64,000 nt of DNA from an uncultured delta proteobacterium (GTDB lineage Bacteria > Desulfobacterota > WTBG01 > CAIYCZ01). The stretch is from contig CAWDOY010000001.1 in assembly GCA_963803975.1 (NCBI GenBank), positions 1 to 64,000 on the forward strand. Reading direction: 5' to 3'. Positions 43,183 to 51,631 of the stretch are shown here, piece after piece (the first letter of the stretch is position 1; every line of letters begins with the position of its first letter). A model generated the notes under the pieces. It was given only the letters and a program-made list of their open reading frames with translations, ran no database searches and had not been told where the DNA came from. Made by a program: the position numbers and the translations under genes.

Positions 43183-46125
43183 ATGGCGTTGCAGAATGTA
43201 TCCCCCCAGTGGAGATCTTTTTTGGTGCGGTTTATTTTACCAACCGCCATCACCATCGCCCTGTTTTTAACTTCCATTTTTTCTATCGTTATTCCCACCA
43301 TTGAGAAAAACAGCCTGGACCGCAAGCGGGAGATGATCCGCGAACTGACCAACTCAGCCTGGAACATTCTGGCGAAACTGGAGAACGATGTGCGGCTGGG
43401 GGTGCTGACCAGGGAGCAGGCCCAGAAGCAGGCCATTGACCAGATCCGCAACCTGCACTACGGCCAGGAGATGAAGGACTACTTCTGGATCAACGACATG
43501 CACCCGCGCATGGTTATACACCCGTACCGCACCGACCTGAACGGCAAGGATTTAAGCGACTACCAGGACCCGAACGGGAAACGGGTGTTCGTGGAATTTG
43601 TCAACGTGGTCAAAAAAGAGGGCTCCGGTTTTGTCAATTATATGTGGCAGTGGAAGGATGATAAAGCCCGCATTGTACCTAAAATCTCGTATGTCAAAGG
43701 ATTTGCGCCGTGGGGATGGATCATCGGCACCGGGATTTACATTGAAGACGTGAAGGCGGAAATTGCCCTGCTGATTCGCAATGTCATTGAGATCTCGCTG
43801 TTCATCCTGGTGGTCATGGCAGTGCTGCTGGCAACCATTATTATTCAGAGCTTCAGAACCGAGCAGCAGCGGCGCATTGCGGAGCAGGCGCTGCAGGAGT
43901 CTGAAGTGAAATACCGCACCCTGGTTGAGTCTGCTGCTGAAGGCATGCTTATGGCGCTCGAGGGCAGGTATATGTATGCCAACCAGACCATAGCAGCGCT
44001 GCTTGAATACAGCCAGGACGAGTTTTCGCAGATGCCCGTCCAGGAAATTTTCGTGCAGACACCAGCTCATCCCAGCTACCGGCACCTGCAGAATTTCATG
44101 GCGGGAAAGCCGCTTCCCGAAAGGTTTGAAGCGCAGTTGAAAACCAAATCAGGGGGCAGCAGGGATGTCATATTGTCCACATCCCCGATTGTTATCGGGG
44201 GCCGGGCAGGCTTTATCGTGGTTGCAACAGATATAACCCAGCGCAAGCAGGCCGAGGACGCGTTAGGTGTGAGCGAAGAAAAGTTTCGTACTCTGGCAAA
44301 CAACCTCAATGTCGGGCTGTTCAGGAGGACCATTGGCGACAGCCCGAAATTTATCGAGGTAAACCCGGCGCTGGTCTCGCTGCTTGGTTATGACAGCAAG
44401 GAAGAACTTCTTTCTATCTCAGCGGTCGATTTGTATGTTAATCCGGACGACCGGAAGAAATTTGAGCCAAAAGTCGAGCCGCAGGTTTCAAAAAGAGAAA
44501 TTAAAAGAGAAATTGTCAAGCTCAAGAAAAAAGACGGGACATTTTTTTTCTCCTCCATCTGGGCTGTTGTCATTAAAGATGAAGACGGGAATCCGCACTA
44601 TGTTGATGGGATTCTCGAAGACATAACAGACCTTAAATCCAGAGAAGAAGAGCAGGAACGCCTCCTTTCAGAAATGCAGGCGGCTTTGCTTTTTTTTAAC
44701 CAGCCGATAGAAAGCCTGCAGGTACAGGACGCCGTAGTATGTTCGCCCGCCACCAGCATTGCAGCGGCGGTATCCTTACTGGAGCAGCGGGAAACCGACG
44801 TCCTGTTGATACGAGATAACCAGGAAAACAATGTCGGGGTCATTACCGATCTGGACTTGAGAAAAAATGTTATGGCTAAAGGATGTCATCTGGATAAGCC
44901 CGTTTCAAGCATCATGAGTTCCCCCGTCATATCCATGTCCTGCAACTCGTGTATTTTTGAGGCCGGTCTTCTGATGGAGCAAAAACACATTTCCCATCTA
45001 TTTGTGACCAATAATCATGACCGTATTATTGGCGTGATTCGCAGTGACCACATCAGCGCAATTCAAAAATATTCTCCCACGATTCTTCTGCGGGATATCA
45101 ATAACGCCAAAGCTCCCCATGACATCATTGAGCACAATGCAGAACTCCCGTATCTTATCAATACCGTAATCAATAGCGGCGCAAAACCTCAATATATTAA
45201 TCATCTGACAACCATTATTGTAGATGCCGTGCTGCAAAAATTCATAGATTTTGCCATTCAGGAGCTTGGCATTCCTCCCGCCAGATTTACTTTTATAATT
45301 TTCGGCAGCGAGGGGCGTCAAGAGCAGACGCTGAGAACCGATCAGGATAATGCCATCATCTATGAAGATGTGCCGCCGGAGGCTGAGGAATCGGTGCAGG
45401 GGTATTTCCTGAATCTGGGGCAGCGGGTCTGCGGCTGGCTGCATCAGGCAGGGTATTCCTACTGCGAGGGAAACAATATGGCGCAAAATCCGCAATGGTG
45501 CCAGCCACTCTCTACCTGGAAGCGATATTTCAGTGAATGGATTGCCAACGGCACGGCAGAAGATCTGCTGAAAGCGAAAATCTTTTTTGATTTCAGAGGC
45601 GCTTATGGTGAACAGACTTTTGTGCAGCTGTTGCGAAAACATTTACATACGGTCATAGGGCAGAACCCGCGTTTTTTCCAATTGCTGGCAAGAAACGTGC
45701 TTCAGCTGAGCCCTCCCATAGGTTTCTTCGGGAATTTTGTTGTAGAATCGGTGGGAGAAAACAAGAAAGCTTTTGACATAAAAAGCTCCATGATGCCGAT
45801 TGTCGATTATGCAAGAATTTATGCGCTGCAGCATAACATAGCGGCGACCAATACCTTTGAACGATTAAAGCAGCTGTATGAACGCAACCTTCTTTCGCAG
45901 CAAAATTATCAGGAGATGATACAGGCATACAGCTATCTGATGCAGACCCGTCTTTGCACGCAGGCAGAGGCCATCATGCAGGGGAATAAACATCCCGATA
46001 ACTATGTCAGTCCCAGAAAACTGACCTACATTGAGCGCAAATTGCTAAAAGAGATATTTGCTCAAACAAAAAATTTTCAGGCGCGATTGAGCTATGACTT
46101 TACCGGACAGATGGGCGGTGTTTAA
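43183..46125 (+). CDS. Membrane sensor: TM-sCache_2-TM-PAS-PAS-CBS pair-DUF294 nucleotidyltransferase-DUF294_C
   Basis: YFWIND..MVIHP..Y.W Cache motifs; two PAS/PAC ending DITQRK and DITDLK; CBS GVITDLDL..IMSSPV; GSEGRQEQTLRTDQDN; C.GN.MAQNPQW, IFFDFR, DIK..PIVD.AR, NT.ERL. Confidence 0.88.
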   Translation: MALQNVSPQWRSFLVRFILPTAITIALFLTSIFSIVIPTIEKNSLDRKREMIRELTNSAWNILAKLENDVRLGVLTREQAQKQAIDQIRNLHYGQEMKDYFWINDMHPRMVIHPYRTDLNGKDLSDYQDPNGKRVFVEFVNVVKKEGSGFVNYMWQWKDDKARIVPKISYVKGFAPWGWIIGTGIYIEDVKAEIALLIRNVIEISLFILVVMAVLLATIIIQSFRTEQQRRIAEQALQESEVKYRTLVESAAEGMLMALEGRYMYANQTIAALLEYSQDEFSQMPVQEIFVQTPAHPSYRHLQNFMAGKPLPERFEAQLKTKSGGSRDVILSTSPIVIGGRAGFIVVATDITQRKQAEDALGVSEEKFRTLANNLNVGLFRRTIGDSPKFIEVNPALVSLLGYDSKEELLSISAVDLYVNPDDRKKFEPKVEPQVSKREIKREIVKLKKKDGTFFFSSIWAVVIKDEDGNPHYVDGILEDITDLKSREEEQERLLSEMQAALLFFNQPIESLQVQDAVVCSPATSIAAAVSLLEQRETDVLLIRDNQENNVGVITDLDLRKNVMAKGCHLDKPVSSIMSSPVISMSCNSCIFEAGLLMEQKHISHLFVTNNHDRIIGVIRSDHISAIQKYSPTILLRDINNAKAPHDIIEHNAELPYLINTVINSGAKPQYINHLTTIIVDAVLQKFIDFAIQELGIPPARFTFIIFGSEGRQEQTLRTDQDNAIIYEDVPPEAEESVQGYFLNLGQRVCGWLHQAGYSYCEGNNMAQNPQWCQPLSTWKRYFSEWIANGTAEDLLKAKIFFDFRGAYGEQTFVQLLRKHLHTVIGQNPRFFQLLARNVLQLSPPIGFFGNFVVESVGENKKAFDIKSSMMPIVDYARIYALQHNIAATNTFERLKQLYERNLLSQQNYQEMIQAYSYLMQTRLCTQAEAIMQGNKHPDNYVSPRKLTYIERKLLKEIFAQTKNFQARLSYDFTGQMGGV
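43315..43610 (+). repeat. 296-bp near-identical repeat, copy 1 (Cache domain core)
   Basis: Matches 47341-47636 with about 10 substitutions counted by eye and no indels. Confidence 0.92.
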
Positions 46126-46884
46126 TTGATACTGGTAACCTCTGATACGCACTGTTATTACGATACCATCAATCAGCAGGTCGAATATGCCGAGGCGGTC
46201 CTGAACAATGCGATCTCCTGCGTCATTCATCTGGGAGACTTCGGGATTTATAAAGCCAATCTGCATGAATACTTCATCAGGAAGGGCAAGCGGTTTATCC
46301 GGCCGGTATATTTCATAGAAGGTAATCACGAGGACTTTCAGGCCTTCCCCCGGCTCACGGAAAAATACCGGGATTTTTTCACCTACCTCCCGCGGGGAAC
46401 CGTCCACACCCTGGATGGCTACCGCTTTCTGGCGCTCGGCGGGGCAGCCTATATGGATTCTTTCAACACGCAGAAGGGGGCGATCATCACAGATGCCAAT
46501 ATTAATCAGTGCCTTTCAATCCCTCGGGATGCCGTTGATATTATTCTTACCCATGACTGTCCGAACGGGATCGGCGTGCCGAATACGCCGGGGCTTGATT
46601 ATTATGGCGCAACCGGTTTTCCCCGAAGCGACGAACTGGGGGCTCATTTTAAGCCGCGACTGTGGCTGTTCGGCCATCATCACAAGCTCTTTGAATACGG
46701 GGATGCCTGTACGCGGTACTACGGTCTTGGCGACACCTGGAAGGGATTCGGCCTTTTAGATGCAGATTATCAGTTCAGGATTGTGATGCACCAGATTGCA
46801 TGGGAGCGCCCGCCCCTTATTGAAAGACTGCTGATAAAGCTCAAAATCATCAGGCCGGACCGGCCCCCGGTCAGCATCGAGTGA
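46126..46884 (+). CDS. Calcineurin-like metallophosphoesterase
   Basis: SDTH, HLGDFG, EGNHE, THD, FGHHH motifs; TTG start directly after upstream stop. Confidence 0.88.
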   Translation: MILVTSDTHCYYDTINQQVEYAEAVLNNAISCVIHLGDFGIYKANLHEYFIRKGKRFIRPVYFIEGNHEDFQAFPRLTEKYRDFFTYLPRGTVHTLDGYRFLALGGAAYMDSFNTQKGAIITDANINQCLSIPRDAVDIILTHDCPNGIGVPNTPGLDYYGATGFPRSDELGAHFKPRLWLFGHHHKLFEYGDACTRYYGLGDTWKGFGLLDADYQFRIVMHQIAWERPPLIERLLIKLKIIRPDRPPVSIE

Positions 46885-47048
46885 TGTTTTTTAAAACAGA
46901 AACCCTTAATCAGTCCCACCTGGTTATTCAACCTCGCACCCTCTGAGCCCTGCAAATTTTTTCTTTTTTATCCCGGCTTGAACGAGACAGTTTTTGTATT
47001 TTAAAATAATTTTATTTCATTATGGCTATCGCGCCATGAAACCGGCCA

Positions 47049-47077
47049 TTGACACGACGGTCTCTTTAGCATATATA
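47049..47077 (+). promoter_or_regulatory. Sigma-70 promoter for the kinase-regulator-peptidase operon
   Basis: TTGACA-N17-TATACT. Confidence 0.7.
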
Positions 47078-47208
47078 CTCATTCTGTTTGTCCCCAGCCG
47101 CCTGGATGGTGCAGGGGTGCACCCGGGGTATCAGGCCAGCGCTGAGGGTATTGTAACACGAACTAAAACACGCACGGCAATCTACAGCATCAGTTTTTTC
47201 AAAACGTC

Positions 47209-48660
47209 ATGACAGCCCAGCAGCTACCTTTTCACTGGAAATCCTTTGGCATGAGGATTATTCTTCCCACCATCCTCACCATCGCGCTTTTCATCCTGGC
47301 GCTGTTTATGTTTATCATTCCCACCATTCAAAAAAACAGTCTGGACCGCAAGCGGGAGATGATCCGCGAGCTGACCAACTCAGCCTGGAACATTCTGGCG
47401 AAACTGGATAACGATGTGCGGCTGGGGGTGCTGACCAGGGAGCAGGCCCAGAAGCAGGCCATTGACCAGATCCGCAGCCTGCACTACGGCCAGGAGATGA
47501 AGGACTACTTCTGGATCAACGACATGCAACCGCGCATGGTCATACACCCGTACCGCACGGACCTGAACGGCAGGGATTTAAGCGACTACCAGGACCCGAA
47601 CGGGAAGAGGGTGTTTGTGGAATTTGTCAACGTGGTGAAGAAGGACGGCTTCGGCTATGTTGACTATTTGTGGCAGGACCGCGACAATAAAAATCTCGTT
47701 GTGCCTAAAATCTCCTATGTGAAGGGGTTTGCACCCTGGGGCTGGATTATCGGCACCGGGATTTACATTGACGACGTTCAGGCGGAAATCGCCCTGCTGA
47801 TCCGCTCCGTCATGAGGATTTCAGGGGTTATTCTGCTGCTGATGCTGCTGCTGCTCGCAAGCATTATCCGGCAGAGCTACCGCACCCAGAAACAGCTGTG
47901 GGTTGAAGAAGAGGAGCTTAAAAAAACCCAGGCCAGCCTGGCATTTGCAGAAAAAATGGCGTCCCTGGGAAAGCTCTCGGCAATGGTCGCCCATGAAATC
48001 AATAATCCTCTTTCAGGAATTCTATCCTATGCCAAACTCTCATCCCGATATCTGAGCAAAGCTACCGGTGACACTGAAACCGCGGCAGAGATCAATAATA
48101 ACCTCTCTTTTATCGCTGCCGAGGCCAAACGTTGCGGAGACATCGTCAAAAACCTGCTGCAGTTTGCAAAACGGGCTTCAGGGGAAGTGAAAGAGACGCA
48201 TCTCAATGAAATAGTTGATGTAAGCATGCAAGTGATTGCCCACAGCGTCAAGATGAAAAACCTGGAGCTCAAAAAACAGCTGGGCCAGGGAGACGACCTG
48301 ATTCAATGCGATGCAGGCGCCATTCAGCAGATCCTTATCGCCATGATTGTTAATTCCATAGAATCGTCATCACCCGGGGGGACCATTATTGCCCGCACTG
48401 ACTATAATGATGCGGCGTGCGTTCGGATCGCGTTGAAGGATTTTGGGGCGGGAATTGCCCCTGACGTGCTGCCGCACATATTTGAGCCTTTTTTCTCCAC
48501 AAAAGAATCAAATAAGAGCATGGGGCTGGGGCTGTCGGTGGTATACGGCATTGTCCAGCGGCACGGCGGTACCATCAGCGTGGATTCGCGCGCGGGCGCG
48601 GGTACCGAGTTTGTCATCACCCTCCCCCGCACACAACAGACCGCTGCCAACCAAACGTAA
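47209..48660 (+). CDS. sCache_2 sensor histidine kinase (NtrB-like)
   Basis: TM-Cache-TM; EKMASLG..VAHEINNPL H-box; N, DFGAGI, FEPFFSTK, GLGL boxes. Confidence 0.93.
   Translation: MTAQQLPFHWKSFGMRIILPTILTIALFILALFMFIIPTIQKNSLDRKREMIRELTNSAWNILAKLDNDVRLGVLTREQAQKQAIDQIRSLHYGQEMKDYFWINDMQPRMVIHPYRTDLNGRDLSDYQDPNGKRVFVEFVNVVKKDGFGYVDYLWQDRDNKNLVVPKISYVKGFAPWGWIIGTGIYIDDVQAEIALLIRSVMRISGVILLLMLLLLASIIRQSYRTQKQLWVEEEELKKTQASLAFAEKMASLGKLSAMVAHEINNPLSGILSYAKLSSRYLSKATGDTETAAEINNNLSFIAAEAKRCGDIVKNLLQFAKRASGEVKETHLNEIVDVSMQVIAHSVKMKNLELKKQLGQGDDLIQCDAGAIQQILIAMIVNSIESSSPGGTIIARTDYNDAACVRIALKDFGAGIAPDVLPHIFEPFFSTKESNKSMGLGLSVVYGIVQRHGGTISVDSRAGAGTEFVITLPRTQQTAANQT
47341..47636 (+). repeat. 296-bp near-identical repeat, copy 2 (Cache domain core)
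   Basis: Matches 43315-43610. Confidence 0.92.
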
Positions 48661-48677
48661 TAAAGGAGTTTTGCACG

Positions 48678-50021
48678 ATGAAACCAGCCGACATAGGAAT
48701 CCTTATTGTTGATGATGAAGCTTCGGTACGGGATGCTCTCTATAAATGGTTTAAATTTGACGGATACCGCGTAGATACGGCTGAAGAAGCCACCAGCGCG
48801 CTTAAAAAGCTTCAGGAGGATTCCTGGGAGATTGTTCTGCTGGATATTAAAATGCCGGGCATGGACGGGCTGGAACTGCAGCGGCAAATAAAAAAGATTG
48901 ATAAGGACATTATAACTATTATCATTACCGCCTTTGCCTCAGTTGATACCAGCATCCAGGCGCTCAAAGAGGGAGCGTTTGATTACATTGTCAAACCCAT
49001 CGACCCTGATGATATGAGCCATCTCATCAGGAATGCAGTTGAACAGAGACGGCTGCTTACTGAAAACATGCAGCTGCGGCAGCAGATTGAGGAAATCTCC
49101 TACCCGGATGAGATTGTGGGAGAAAGCCCGGCACTTAAAAAGGTCATGGATAAGGTTGCCACGGTCGCGCAGACCGATTCAACCGTCATGATCCGCGGAG
49201 AAAGCGGCACCGGGAAGGAACTGATCGCACGGGCTATCCACAGCAACAGCAACCGCAGGTATTTTCCTATCATTACCATCAATTGCGGGTCCTATGCGGA
49301 AGGGCTGCTGGAAAGCGAACTTTTCGGCCATGAAAAGGGGGCCTTCACCGGGGCGCTGTACCGGAGACGGGGCAAGCTGGAAATGGCCGACAAAGGAACC
49401 ATATTTTTGGATGAGATCGGCAATATCGGGGAGAAGATGCAAATGGATCTGCTGCGGGTAATTGAAACGCGGCAGTTCACCCGGCTGGGAGGCGATAAGC
49501 TTATCAGCGTTGATTTCAGGATTATCAGCGCAACCAACAAGGACCTGGAAAAGGCGGTCAGGGAAGGAAGCTTTCGTGAAGACCTGTATTACCGGCTCAA
49601 TGTTTTTTCCATAACCCTGCCGCAGCTGCGTGAGCGAAAATCAGATATTGCGCTGATAGCACGGTTTTTCGTGAATAAATATTCCCAGTCGATGAATAAA
49701 ACTGTTACCGATCTTTCTCCCGAAACGCTGGATATGCTCATGAAATACCACTGGCCGGGAAACATCCGGGAGCTGCGGAACGTTATTGAGCGGGCGATGG
49801 TGGGTGCGCGGGGTCCCCGCATTGAAGTATCCGATCTCGCTTTTCCCTTTCATCCTTCCTCAAAACTGTCAAGCGAAGAGACCCTGGAGGCAGTGGAAAA
49901 AAATCATATCAAAGATATTCTGGATCGCACCGGGGGCAATGTCGCTCAGGCTGCAGGCATCCTCAAGATCAGCCGGCTTACCCTGTATAATAAAATAGGA
50001 AAATACCGGTTAAAAAAATGA
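48678..50021 (+). CDS. Sigma-54-dependent response regulator (NtrC/AtoC family)
   Basis: Receiver IVDDE..LLDIKMP; GESGTGKE, ESELFGHEKGAFTGA, FLDEIG, FREDLYYRL, WPGNIREL; Fis HTH. Confidence 0.95.
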   Translation: MKPADIGILIVDDEASVRDALYKWFKFDGYRVDTAEEATSALKKLQEDSWEIVLLDIKMPGMDGLELQRQIKKIDKDIITIIITAFASVDTSIQALKEGAFDYIVKPIDPDDMSHLIRNAVEQRRLLTENMQLRQQIEEISYPDEIVGESPALKKVMDKVATVAQTDSTVMIRGESGTGKELIARAIHSNSNRRYFPIITINCGSYAEGLLESELFGHEKGAFTGALYRRRGKLEMADKGTIFLDEIGNIGEKMQMDLLRVIETRQFTRLGGDKLISVDFRIISATNKDLEKAVREGSFREDLYYRLNVFSITLPQLRERKSDIALIARFFVNKYSQSMNKTVTDLSPETLDMLMKYHWPGNIRELRNVIERAMVGARGPRIEVSDLAFPFHPSSKLSSEETLEAVEKNHIKDILDRTGGNVAQAAGILKISRLTLYNKIGKYRLKK

Positions 50022-50042
50022 TAGTGCTGCCGCGCCGATAGT

Positions 50043-50570
50043 ATGTTCTATATCTACATCGTGCCCATCAGCGGACAGGGACTCGGCTGTATTGAAGAAT
50101 TGCAGCGCTGCGTTGAGCATGCCTTTGGCGTCAAGACGAAATGCCGCGCCTTTAACGTCAACCTGCCGGACACCTTCGACCCCCACAGAAAACAGTACAA
50201 CTCCTCTCTTATCCTGCGGCAGTTAATTGCCGCGCCCCCAGCGGATGCATACAAAATTCTGGGGATTACCGGCATGGATCTTTTTATTCCCATACTCACC
50301 TATGTTTTCGGCGAGGCACAGCTTGACGGCATCGGGGCGGTGGTTTCGCTGCACCGGCTCAACAATCAGTTTTACGGTTTGCCGGAAGACCCCGGCCTGA
50401 TGCATGACCGGCTCCTGAAAGAGGCAGTGCATGAGCTGGGGCACACCTTCGGGCTGCTCCACTGCTTTCATCCCGGCTGCGTACTTAACGCATCCACCTA
50501 TGTGGAGGACATTGATCAGAAGTCGCGCGAACTTTGTTTCACCTGCCGGGAGACCATCAGATTGAAGTAA
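50043..50570 (+). CDS. Archaemetzincin-family Zn-dependent peptidase
   Basis: RKQY, DLF.P.LTYVFGEA, KEAVHELGHTFGLLHC...C, D.K...C..C. Confidence 0.9.
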   Translation: MFYIYIVPISGQGLGCIEELQRCVEHAFGVKTKCRAFNVNLPDTFDPHRKQYNSSLILRQLIAAPPADAYKILGITGMDLFIPILTYVFGEAQLDGIGAVVSLHRLNNQFYGLPEDPGLMHDRLLKEAVHELGHTFGLLHCFHPGCVLNASTYVEDIDQKSRELCFTCRETIRLK

Positions 50571-50649
50571 GGTTCAGGGGGCGGAACATCAGTGGAGGGG
50601 TGGCAGAGGTATGGCGTGCCAGATAGGATTTTGTATGACAGCCGCCAGC

Positions 50650-51453
50650 TTATGGCACGGTCTTTGTTGTTAAGCAGTTTTCCGGAGAAGGGCAATTCTC
50701 GCTCCGGGATAAAGAGTCTATTATCTGATAGTACTGCTCCGCGCTGAGAAGCTCGGCAAGAGAATTTATTTTCACCCCCCCATCCTGCATGGTGGGGCCG
50801 AGGTCGTTCGATGAGTGCTGCAGCATTGCCGTGCCCGCTGCAGTCAGTTCCTGGTGCTTCTGCTGGTACCAGGCGAGAGCCTTTTTGCCGAACAGCAGGT
50901 TCCGCAGGTCATGTTCAAGGGTTGCGGGCTTTACGGTGACCATCCACCCCTCATCCCAGGGGTCGCTCATTATCAGCTCAGGTTCCTTTTGCAGCCGCTT
51001 GTTTATCAGCTGGATGGTTCCGGTAAGCGGTGCAATAACCGGTATGATATGGTGTTCCTGAATTATGTGCGCGCAGCATTCCCCCTGGCGTATCATCTCG
51101 CCTTCCTGCGGCAGAACTACTGCTTTCAACCGAACCATCAGCCGGGTCAGCACATCATCAATGCCAATCCGGACATTTTCCGGGTCCTCAACTTTTACCC
51201 AGCAGTGACCGGGATGATAAAAGAGCGACCAGCGCAGATGGAGAGAGGCATCCGGCACTGAAGAGAGCTCTTCCCCGGTCCCGGCTTCCTGCCGGGAATC
51301 CTCTGCTGCGGCCTCATTGCGCATCACCTGATCAAACATGCAGGTTTCGCACCGGTAGTCACGGGCGCAGAGCTTATAGGAGATCAGGCCGGTGGTCATC
51401 CAGACGCATCTTTTTTCTTCTTCCGGAATCAGATGACACTCTTTTTTGCTCAT
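50650..51453 (-). CDS. GcvH-like protein lacking the lipoyl lysine, with N-terminal Cys4 motif
   Basis: FYHPGHCWV, VRIGID, APLTG..IN..L..PELI.SDPW.EGW H-protein fold; ESVK position reads IQEH; CVWM..G..SYKLC..DY.C..C. Confidence 0.82.
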   Translation of the reverse strand: MSKKECHLIPEEEKRCVWMTTGLISYKLCARDYRCETCMFDQVMRNEAAAEDSRQEAGTGEELSSVPDASLHLRWSLFYHPGHCWVKVEDPENVRIGIDDVLTRLMVRLKAVVLPQEGEMIRQGECCAHIIQEHHIIPVIAPLTGTIQLINKRLQKEPELIMSDPWDEGWMVTVKPATLEHDLRNLLFGKKALAWYQQKHQELTAAGTAMLQHSSNDLGPTMQDGGVKINSLAELLSAEQYYQIIDSLSRSENCPSPENCLTTKTVP

Positions 51454-51590
51454 AGACTTGCAACCGTATTCAGCCGGGTTGTGATAAACAGACATGTATG
51501 TATAGTAGCGTTTTTGTTAACAGCCCTGAAAAGTTTTATAATATATCCCGTGTGTTCGATCTCTCCTGTTTTTTCTGGGCGTTCAGGAGA

Positions 51591-51624
51591 TGCGGCCCCG
51601 CACCGTAGATGGGGCGGGGCCGCA
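51591..51624 (-). terminator. GC-rich stem-loop downstream of the OFA transporter
   Basis: 11-bp stem TGCGGCCCCGC/GCGGGGCCGCA; no clear U-tract. Confidence 0.5.
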
Positions 51625-51631
51625 GGGGTGA

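Noticed and set aside
50653..50668. TGGCACGGTCTTTGTT sigma-54-like motif on the + strand
   Set aside because: Lies within the 3' end of the GcvH-like gene, points antisense with no downstream + strand gene, and lacks the -12 GC
50650..51453. Annotation as true glycine cleavage H protein (gcvH)
   Set aside because: Lipoyl lysine is absent, extra domains are present, and there are no gcvT/gcvP neighbours
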